Positions 27,141 through 35,700 of a stretch of DNA of 64,000 bases are shown here, in pieces. Made by a program: the position numbers and the translations under genes. This DNA comes from an uncultured delta proteobacterium. Lineage in GTDB: Bacteria; Desulfobacterota; Desulfobacteria; Desulfobacterales; UBA2156. The notes under the pieces are model-generated. The model was given only the letters and a program-made list of their open reading frames with translations. It searched no databases and was not told the origin of the DNA. Position 1 is the first letter of the stretch, and every line of letters begins with the position of its first letter. Location: contig CAVOQY010000013.1 in the NCBI GenBank assembly GCA_963698465.1, forward strand, positions 228,559 through 292,558. Reading direction: 5' to 3'.

Positions 27141-29222
27141 CTAACGGCCTTTCGTTTTTCTTGCTCTCAGGAAAGCGGCAACCAGGAGAAGCGGCACAAA
27201 GAGAAAGATTCCCACGATCGAGGCGGCACTCCAAAGGCCGGCACTGACGGCGAGGCCACAGACCCATGCCACCGGGTAAAGGGCGCTCCGGACGACCGAT
27301 TTGAGCGCATCGCTGTTCGCTATCTGTCGAGCAAGGGCGGGCGAATGGTGATAGTACCATCGAACGAGCTTTTTTCCTATTGCATTTTCAACTAAAAAAC
27401 GATCCCGGAACTTCCGAAGTGTGACCACATGTCCTTCAAGAGGCGACCCGAAAGCCGCCGTGGCGATAAAGCAGCCTTTGGAAGGACTTTCCAGGGTTTT
27501 CAAGGCGAGGACATTCCCCTTTACAGTGAGATAATTATTGGAGGCCACCAGTCGAAAGTAGTAGGTGCTGTTTTCTGAAAGGTCGTCTTTGCCGATGCTG
27601 ACCGGGATTTCCGCGTTCCCCGGTCTCACCTCCACCACCGTTGTCTTCCCCCCGAAGTTCGTGTCATATCCGAATTCGAAGAAACATCGTACGGGATAAC
27701 CCCGGGGTTTCACGCGACCGTTAAACACGACCGAACTTTCGGCTACATCCGTGGCATCGAGCGTCACGGCTGAAAGCTCCGGGAGCGCCTTGAACCACGT
27801 AGATGCCATCACTTTGTAGCCGTCCATGTTGGGGTGGATGCCATCGTAGTTCAAAGCATACCATGAGGGCGACATGGCGGCATATTGATCCGCCAGCGGG
27901 ATCTTCTCCTGGGAGGCAAGATTTACAATTTCGGGATAATAGGCCGCGATGTTTTTTTCCGGGCTCTTCGTATCCGGCGTGAGCGTTGCGATAACCGGGA
28001 TGGCGTTGTAGAACCGGCTCCAGTTGATCATGGCGCGAAGATTGTAAATGGTGGAAGGCAGCGAAATCCCGAAATAGAGAAAATCGTTGGTTCCCTCCAG
28101 GATGAGAACGTACTTGGACCTGTGCCTTGCCAGGACGCTGCTGATCCTGCTGACACCGACTCGCGTCGACTCTCCCCCAACCCCGTAATTTAGGACCTGG
28201 ATCGGCCAACCGGTCCCCTTGCCAAGGGCCTCGAGAAATGGCTCATATCCGCCGATGCGTCTCCCTTCCCCGCTGAAACTGACATAAGGTTCGCCCACGG
28301 TGATGCTGTCCCCGAAGCCGATGATAACGTTTTGCCCCACCTGATCGGGAGATGTCGACAATTGCAACGGTGATCCAGATTCTCCTCGGGTCGCCTCCAT
28401 CGTCTCTTGAATGCGAAATGCCCATTTCTTATCATCCATTTTCACGTGCATCGAAGCCAGAGTCGGATTTTTCACAAATTCAGGAAGGTTTGGAGACACT
28501 TGGGCAACCTGTTCCATGAGTGAACGGTAATCCTTCCCACCCAGCTCCCCCTCTTGCGACCATCCGGTTCCGGACCAAAATGCCCCATAATCGAGGTATT
28601 CGGCTTCTTGATAGCTTGACCATTTGACCCGAATGGACCCGTCGGCGCTCACCCACAATACGGGGAGGATATCGGGTTCACCGTCATTTCTGTTGACCCT
28701 CGCAGGGGTTTCCCAGTCTGAACCGTTCCATCGGGAGAAAAAGATATCGTCGTCCTGGCCGTCGAAACCGGCCCAAACGACCCACGGGAGGTTCTCCCCG
28801 TCCACCAGGATCGAGGGCGAGGTGTTTGACAAAAGAGGGCTTTGGATCTGCTTGGGTCTGGACCACCCTCTTTCGTCGAAAACGCAATAATACAGGTGGC
28901 TGGACTTGCCTGAGGCTGAGGACCACACCGCCCAGATCACCCCGTCGGTTCCGGCGTCGATAACCGGCATGGTGTTCATCTGGCCCCCGCCTTCCGTCAA
29001 AGCCTGCCTCGCCGTCCATCCGTCTCCATCGAAGCTGCTGTGGTAGATGGGAAAATTGTACCCATCAGGCTCCGCCCACACGATTTCCGCCGTCACAGCG
29101 CCTCCCGCAGTTGCCGCCTGGGCGCTTGCCACATGAAACCCGGCCAAAATGAGGGCCATGAGAACAAATAGGATCTTCTGCATCTTCAGTCGGTAGTTGG
29201 TCATCTGTTTCATTGTTTCCAA
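27141..29222 (-). CDS. Secreted multidomain protein: W-rich beta-propeller-like repeats + SGNH esterase + FN3-like domain + 'CFIATAAFGS' C-terminal membrane-anchor module
   Basis: 693 aa with a signal peptide (KILFVLMALILAGFHVASAQA). Four units of about 50 aa ('VIWAVWSS..', 'PWVVWAGFDGQDDDIFFSRWNGSDW'). SGNH blocks 'IIGFGDSITVG', 'NYGVGGEST', 'LILEGTNDF', 'DGIHPN'. C-terminus 'CFIATAAFGSPLEGHVVTLRKFRDRFL' plus 2 TM helices. Confidence 0.75.
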   Translation of the reverse strand: METMKQMTNYRLKMQKILFVLMALILAGFHVASAQAATAGGAVTAEIVWAEPDGYNFPIYHSSFDGDGWTARQALTEGGGQMNTMPVIDAGTDGVIWAVWSSASGKSSHLYYCVFDERGWSRPKQIQSPLLSNTSPSILVDGENLPWVVWAGFDGQDDDIFFSRWNGSDWETPARVNRNDGEPDILPVLWVSADGSIRVKWSSYQEAEYLDYGAFWSGTGWSQEGELGGKDYRSLMEQVAQVSPNLPEFVKNPTLASMHVKMDDKKWAFRIQETMEATRGESGSPLQLSTSPDQVGQNVIIGFGDSITVGEPYVSFSGEGRRIGGYEPFLEALGKGTGWPIQVLNYGVGGESTRVGVSRISSVLARHRSKYVLILEGTNDFLYFGISLPSTIYNLRAMINWSRFYNAIPVIATLTPDTKSPEKNIAAYYPEIVNLASQEKIPLADQYAAMSPSWYALNYDGIHPNMDGYKVMASTWFKALPELSAVTLDATDVAESSVVFNGRVKPRGYPVRCFFEFGYDTNFGGKTTVVEVRPGNAEIPVSIGKDDLSENSTYYFRLVASNNYLTVKGNVLALKTLESPSKGCFIATAAFGSPLEGHVVTLRKFRDRFLVENAIGKKLVRWYYHHSPALARQIANSDALKSVVRSALYPVAWVCGLAVSAGLWSAASIVGIFLFVPLLLVAAFLRARKTKGR

Positions 29223-29288
29223 TTCTCCTTTTTCGTCAAAACAGGAAAAATCGCGCTTAAATCTTAAAGGGCCTGTCGATCTTTCCCC

Positions 29289-32200
29289 TCAAGGTACCCG
29301 ATTCACTTTGAGCGAGAAATCTTCGTGTTCTAGCGTCAAGTTCGGGTTGTAACAAGGATCTCCTTGGGCAAGGACTTTGTTCCATTGTCTTTGGAAGTGC
29401 CTGATTTCTTTTTGAAACCGAAATTTTTGTTCAGGGGTTTCTTCGTATCCTCTCGACGCGGACTCGTGATGAACCGCTTCGCAATAAGGTGTAAAAATAT
29501 TAAAAAGGTCTTTTTGCCGCAAACGCAAACAAAAATCAATATCATTTAATGAAACGGCCAGGTTGTCCTCGTCGAGCCCCCCCGTTTCGAGGAAGGCTTT
29601 TCTCTTCACCATCATCATGGCCCCTGAAACCGCACTGACATTTTGAATGCACATCAACCGGTTCCCATAGCCCTTGTCGTCCCCTGGTGCATGCCGATGG
29701 GAATGGCCGGCAAAGCCGGCGATACCGACAATGACCCCGGCATGCTGAATCGTCCGGTTTGGGTAATAGAGTTTTCCTCCAACCGCGCCAACCTCTTCCC
29801 GTTGGGCGTGTTCGAGGAGCGCCTCTATCCAGTCGCAACTGAGGATCTCTACATCATTGTTCAGCAGGAGAAGCATCTCCCCCGAAGCCAAGGAAACCCC
29901 GTAGTTGTTGATTTTCGAGTAATTAAAGGGCACAGGGTACTCGAAAAAGCGGACCCGTGAATCGGCCCCTTCCAACTGCTTCATCAGCCCGAGCGTTTCC
30001 GGCATCCGGCTCCCGTTGTCGATCCCGAGGATTTCGAAGTGGGTCCAGGTCGACTTGGACAAGATGGCCTCGACGCACTTTTTCAGGAAAACGGGCTGGT
30101 CTTTAAAAGGCACAACGATGCTGACCTTCGGGTTCCCCGAAATTTTCCTTTTGACCCGATAGAAAAAGGGCATGTTCGCCTTTTCCACCGATCCTGGGAT
30201 GCTCCGCCGACCAAGAGCGGCTTCCAGCGCCCGTTTCCCGGATTCGTGGGCGTAGCTCTTGTTGGCGGGGTTAAAACTCGTGGAGGATGCGCTTTTTCGC
30301 CAGAAATACGTCACTTTGGGGATATGATGGATTTTAGGTGTTTTTTCGGAAAGCTTCAATATCAGGTCGTAGTCCTGCGCTCCGTCGCATCCCGGATCAA
30401 ACCCTCCTATCGCATCGAAGAGCGTTCTTTTGAATACCAGGAAGTGGGTGATGTAATTGTGCGACAGAAGCAAGTCCGGAGAAAAATCAGGCTTGAAAAT
30501 TGAATCGTGGGCCCTTCCAGCTTCATCGATGAGGGCCTCGTCCGAGTAAATGACATCCGGGTCTTTTTCGTTGATGGCTTTCACCACTTCGATCAGCGCA
30601 TCCATCGTCAACAGGTCGTCGTGGTCCAGAAGCGCGAGGTATTCGCCTGTCGCCATGGCGGCCGCTTCGTTGGTGGCCTGGGAGATGCCTCGGTTTCCAT
30701 CCAGCAGCCTTGTTTTTATCTTTTCGGAATGCATCGCGCATTTCTTTAAAATCTCGCGCACGTGTTTCGTTTCGCTTCCGTCGTCGACAAGGCAAAGCTC
30801 CCAGTTTTTATAGATCTGCCGCCGGACGGACAGGATCATTTCTTCCAGATGTTTTTCGCCGGTGTTGTACACGGGCACAAGGATGCTGATTTTTGGTTTT
30901 TTATTAAGGGCTTCTAAGAACAGATTAGGCTCCCTTTCCTCGAAAATACCGAATTCGAGATAGTGCCCTAAAGGATCCACGCCCGAGCGCGCTACATCGG
31001 AATATTTTCCAAGATAATAGCCGCCGTCGAAAAGGGGGCTCGTCGCTTTTTTTGTCCTCACCCCTCGGATCAGATAGTGCTCAAGAAGGGTTCTGTCCCA
31101 GCGTTTTGCGTCCGGGTGTTGCGCCGTATAGAAGCTGTACGTAAAAAGCGGGTTAGGGTCCCGTCCCTCCTTTGAACCGGACTGGACGTAGTGCTCCAGG
31201 GCGTTTATTCCTGCAGCATGCACGTCCGGGTTGCTTCTCCAATAATAGTAGGTGTCGAACAAGGGGTGAGGGTTGAAGCCCTCCCGGGCTCCCCGGGTAA
31301 GGTAATGTATTAAAGGATTCGTTTGGGTTTCCCGGGCCTGCCGGCAGTATTTAAGATAATAAACGGGATCAAACAGTAAGTGCGGGGTACAACCGTTTTT
31401 CCACCCGGTTTCCAGGTAGTGCGCAAGGGGGTTCACATCGCTCTCAGCCGCCTCAGGGTTTTGACTTTTATAGTACGCCGTGTCGAAAAGCGGATGCGGA
31501 TCAAAGCCTTGCTCTGCGCCCTTCTCCATGTAATGCCTCAGGGGGTTCATCCCGCTCTGGGACACTTCCGGGTTGCGCATCGCGTAATAGTTCGTGCTGA
31601 ACAAAGGGTGCGGATTAAGACCTTCCGCAGCCCCCGCACGTAAAAAGTGCACCAGGGGATTCACACCGCTCTCAGCCGCCCCCGGGTTCTGACTTTTATA
31701 GTACGCCGTGTCGAAAAGCGGATGCGGATCAAAGCCTTGCTCTGCGCCCTTCTCCATGTAATGCCTCAGGGGGTTCATCCCGCTCTGGGACACTTCCGGG
31801 TTGCGCATCGCGTAATAGTTCGTGCTGAACAAAGGGTGCGGATTAAGACCTTCCGCAGCCCCCGCACGTAAAAAGTGCACCAGGGGATTCACACCGCTCT
31901 CAGCCGCCCCCGGGTTCTGACTTTTATAATACGCCATGTCGAACAGGGGATGCGGGTCCCGACCCTCCGCCGCGCCGCTTGTAAGGTAGTGCGTGATGGG
32001 ATCGATCCTCATCGCTTTGACGTCCGGGTTTCTGTTCAGGTAATCAGCCTCGTCGAAAAGGCCTGATTGACGGATGAGCGGGTACTCCCCCCGGACTCTG
32101 AACACCGCGGTTTTCCAGCGGCTCGAATGAACCCTTGCGCCCTTTGAAAATTTCCTCACCGGCGCCGTCAATTTCCACGATGACGATTCCAGCAGGCTTT

Positions 32201-32777
32201 CCCTGATCCTTCGTTCAGCCTCAAGCGTTTCTTTCAGAAATATCGTCTCGCGCCCAAGCTTCTCCAGTTCGGCTTTGATCCCCTGGACCGTTTTTTCGAG
32301 TGCCTCCCCTTTTTCGGCGCCGCGGTCAATCTTTCCGATATATTCCAAAACTTTCTCTCGGTAATCCGTCTGAGTTTCTTGACAAGCCTTCCAAAGATAC
32401 GGAATGGTTTCCTTGCCGACAGCTTCGAACCGTGTCCAGAACGTGACACTCTCGATGGGGGCGTTGAAGACGTGAACGTAAATCTCGGGGGAATCTGTTG
32501 CAAAAATGAGGCGGCGGTCTTGCCTGAACATGGCGTTACTGCTGAAATTGCCGACCTCGAAAACGTGGCCTCCTGGGTTCTGAATTTCGATCTTCATCAG
32601 ATCCAACACCAGGTAATCTTCCGCAGGCCGCAGACAAAGGCTTCGGATGAGCTGTCCTTCTTTGCCCGGTATGAAGGTTATTCTTTCCTCTTTTCGGACA
32701 ATTTCCACCACCAGGTTTCCTTTTTCGGAAAAACCGGAACCCGTGTCCAAAAGAAGTCTGGCGTTGGCAAGCGGCAT
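29289..32777 (-). CDS. Giant glycosyltransferase: N-terminal beta-rich module + coiled coil + 10 x 38-aa repeats + two GT2 domains
   Basis: 1162 aa. Repeats run aa ~241-618 (nt ~30924-32057). GT2-1: 'ISILVPVYNTGEKHL', 'LCLVDDGS', 'GEYLALLDHDD'. GT2-2: 'VSIVVPFKDQ', 'ILGIDNGS', 'LLLLNNDVE'. The ATG shares one base with the upstream TAA (TAATG). Confidence 0.85.
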   Translation of the reverse strand: MPLANARLLLDTGSGFSEKGNLVVEIVRKEERITFIPGKEGQLIRSLCLRPAEDYLVLDLMKIEIQNPGGHVFEVGNFSSNAMFRQDRRLIFATDSPEIYVHVFNAPIESVTFWTRFEAVGKETIPYLWKACQETQTDYREKVLEYIGKIDRGAEKGEALEKTVQGIKAELEKLGRETIFLKETLEAERRIRESLLESSSWKLTAPVRKFSKGARVHSSRWKTAVFRVRGEYPLIRQSGLFDEADYLNRNPDVKAMRIDPITHYLTSGAAEGRDPHPLFDMAYYKSQNPGAAESGVNPLVHFLRAGAAEGLNPHPLFSTNYYAMRNPEVSQSGMNPLRHYMEKGAEQGFDPHPLFDTAYYKSQNPGAAESGVNPLVHFLRAGAAEGLNPHPLFSTNYYAMRNPEVSQSGMNPLRHYMEKGAEQGFDPHPLFDTAYYKSQNPEAAESDVNPLAHYLETGWKNGCTPHLLFDPVYYLKYCRQARETQTNPLIHYLTRGAREGFNPHPLFDTYYYWRSNPDVHAAGINALEHYVQSGSKEGRDPNPLFTYSFYTAQHPDAKRWDRTLLEHYLIRGVRTKKATSPLFDGGYYLGKYSDVARSGVDPLGHYLEFGIFEEREPNLFLEALNKKPKISILVPVYNTGEKHLEEMILSVRRQIYKNWELCLVDDGSETKHVREILKKCAMHSEKIKTRLLDGNRGISQATNEAAAMATGEYLALLDHDDLLTMDALIEVVKAINEKDPDVIYSDEALIDEAGRAHDSIFKPDFSPDLLLSHNYITHFLVFKRTLFDAIGGFDPGCDGAQDYDLILKLSEKTPKIHHIPKVTYFWRKSASSTSFNPANKSYAHESGKRALEAALGRRSIPGSVEKANMPFFYRVKRKISGNPKVSIVVPFKDQPVFLKKCVEAILSKSTWTHFEILGIDNGSRMPETLGLMKQLEGADSRVRFFEYPVPFNYSKINNYGVSLASGEMLLLLNNDVEILSCDWIEALLEHAQREEVGAVGGKLYYPNRTIQHAGVIVGIAGFAGHSHRHAPGDDKGYGNRLMCIQNVSAVSGAMMMVKRKAFLETGGLDEDNLAVSLNDIDFCLRLRQKDLFNIFTPYCEAVHHESASRGYEETPEQKFRFQKEIRHFQRQWNKVLAQGDPCYNPNLTLEHEDFSLKVNRVP
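31441..31945 (-). repeat. Tandem 228-bp coding repeat, about 2.2 copies, near-perfect
   Basis: 31441-31668 and 31669-31896 are identical except for a few bases at the unit starts. A partial third unit begins at 31897. This is also visible as identical antisense ORFs at 31380/31647/31875. Confidence 0.9.
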
Positions 32778-35700
32778 TAATAAACCCTATCGAAAAGCTT
32801 CATCGAAAGGCGCGGAAATTTTCCGTGAAAACTTGTGCGGATGCAATTCAGCAGGAAATCGAAATCCCAGGGTCCCGTGTGTTCTCTTTTCAATCCGCCG
32901 ACACGATCTGCGACCGCCTTTCTGAAAAGAATGAACGGCCCTACCTCGTGGTTGACCTCGAGCATCGGTTCGGCGAAAAGGCTATCCTCCACGCGCACCC
33001 CCTCGACACCTGGAATTTGCTGGTCACAGAAAAGCAGATCTACATCGGGATATCGATTTACCAGACGTACATATTCGAACAGGGCCTCCATACGGGGTGC
33101 AACCTGCTTCAAGAAAAGAAGGAACTCGCCCGAAGCAGTGGAAAGGGCCCTGTTCAGCGCCTCGGGCAGCGGTTCACCTTTTTCTGCGGGGCATCCTCGT
33201 ATGCGTGCATCCTTCTCTTGAGCGCTTTCCGCGACCGGTCCCAGTTCCTCACGGTCCTCTGCATCAAATACCAGGATTGACTCCCAGTTCCGGTAAATCT
33301 GAAGGCAAAGGGAGTCCAGGAATTCCTGCGCCTGGGCTCTGGAAAGTCCGCGGAAATCAACGATCAGGGTGATCAGTGGCTGGTGGATGAATCGATCCAG
33401 CAAGGGATTCGGCTTCTTCTTGGCCGGGATGCCATATTGAAGATAGTGGGCCAGGGGATTGCTCGGGGGACTCGCGGCTTCCGGGTTTTGACTCATATAA
33501 TATAAGGTGTCGAAGAAGGAACAAGGGTTTTTCCCCTGCCCTGCCCCGACTTCGATAAAATGGACAAGGGGGTTTTGCCCTTCCATCAGCGCCTCCAGGG
33601 CTTCCCTCAGGTAATAGTCACTTCGAAATGCCGGGTTGGGGTCCCTGGCTTCTTTCCAGCCGTGTTCCAGGTAGTGCGCCAGAGGGTTGACGCCTGATTC
33701 GCGCACGTCGGGGTTTTGCCGGAGGTAGTACCGGGTGTCGAAAAGGGGGCCGGGGTTGAGCCCTTCTGCCTCGCCTTTCTCCAGGTAATGCACCAGGGGG
33801 TTTTCCCCGGCTTGGAGCGCTTCAGGGCTTTGCGCCAGATAATAGGCCGTGTCGAACACCGGGTTGGGGTTTTTCCCCTCCCGCGCCCCTTCGGTAAGGT
33901 AGTGCACCAGGGGGTTTTGCGCCGACGCCGCTACCTCCGGGTTGCTCCGGAGGTAATAGGCCGCATCGAACACCGGACTGGGGCTCTTGCCTTCCCTTCC
34001 CCCCTTTTCCAGGTAGTGAACCAAAGGGTTCTGCCCTGACCTTGAAACCTCTGGATTTTTTGAAAAATAATAGGAGGAATCGAAAAGGGAACACGGGTTG
34101 CGTCCCTCCCTCCCTCCAGCTTGGAGGAAGTGCGCCAGGGGGTTGACGCCCGACTCCGCCACGTCGGGGTTTTGCCGGAGGTAGTACCGGGTGCCGAAAA
34201 GGGGGCCGGGGTTGAGCCCTTCTGCCTCGCCTTTCTCCAGGTAGTGCACCAGGGGGTTGGCGCCAGATTCCAGCGTCCCGGAGCATTGCGCCAGGTAATA
34301 GGCCGTGTCGAACACCGGGTTGGGGTTTTTCCCCTCCCGCGCCCCTTCGGTAAGGTAGTGCACCAGGGGGTTTTGCGCCGACGCCGCTACCTCCGGGTTG
34401 CTCCGGAGGTAATAGGCCGCATCGAACACCGGACTGGGGCTCTTGCCTTCCCTTCCCCCCTTTTCCAGGTAGTGAACCAAAGGGTTCTGCCCCGCCTCGA
34501 GGCTTTCCGGACCGTTGGAAAGGTACCAGGACGTTTCAAACAGGGGATGCGGGTTTCTCTCTTCTAAGGCACCTGTCTCCAAAAAGTGAACGAGGGGGTT
34601 GATTCCCGACAGGGCGACATCCGGGTTTTTCTCCCGATAGTACCGGGGATCGAAGAGCGGGTTCGGGCGAAACCCTCCGGGTGCGCCTTTTTGCAGGAAA
34701 TGCTCCAGGGAATTTTCCTTCTCTCCCATCTGCTCCCCGACGGCGGACCGGTAATAGCGGGGGTCGAACAGCGGGCTGGGCTTCCGGTTTTCACGGTCCC
34801 CATTTTCCAGGAAGTGCTGGAGAGGATCGATGCCGGACTCTTTCACGTCGCTGTTGTGCTGAAGGTAATAACTTGCATCGAACAGGGGGTGCGTATTCCT
34901 CCCCTCCGTTGCACCGTGCCTGATATAGTCCCAGAGAGGGTCCTTTTTCAAAAAGCCCACTTCCGGGTACCGCAGCCGGTAATAGGAGGGATCGAACAGG
35001 GGGCTTTTTTTCAATTTACGGTAGGCCCGGCAACCGGGGATCGCGCCGGTGAACCCCGCAACCGCAAGGAGATGCAACACGGCAAGCATGCCCTTCCTGA
35101 AAGCCCTGAGCCCCCTCCACCATGGATGGGTTTTGAGGCTTTCCAGTGTCTCTGCCAGTTTCTGGTTTTCGGCTTCCAGGCGAATTATATGGCTTTCTTC
35201 CTGAAATACCTGGGCCTGAAACTGGTGCAGTATCTGATCTTTTACCTGGATTTTTTTGGCTTCCTTTACGATTTCCGAGGCCTCTTCCTGAATGAGATCT
35301 TCCTTTTCCTTCAGGGTTGACAGGTATTTTTCCCTTTCGCGGCTGAAGGCATCCAGGGACTGCGCCAGCGCCTTTTGGGCCAGAATAAAATCCGGCGTTT
35401 TCGGCCAGTCCATTTCAGCTTCCAGGATGAAAAATCCTTCGAGACTCGGCCTGGAAATTGTTTCCGTCACCTTGAACAGGAGATAGGGCTCGGGATTTAG
35501 CGCCGAAAAGATCTCTCCCTGGTCATTTCGGGTAAAAAGAACGTTTTCAAGGATTGCAGAGTCGGCGATCTGCTTGGGGTTTTCCAGTCGCAGGAGGGTT
35601 TCTTCTACGATCCCCGTTTCGGGGACTCTTTTCACCGTGAGCGAGTAAAGCGTGAAAAACCCCAGTCGGTTTGCCGGCTTCAGTTTCAGCCACGCGAGGG

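Noticed and set aside
31380-32066. Three consecutive plus-strand ORFs with near-identical sequences; possible gene family or CRISPR-like array
   Set aside because: They are the antisense image of the 228-bp tandem coding repeat of the 1162-aa glycosyltransferase. The units are contiguous with no spacers, so this is not a CRISPR array.
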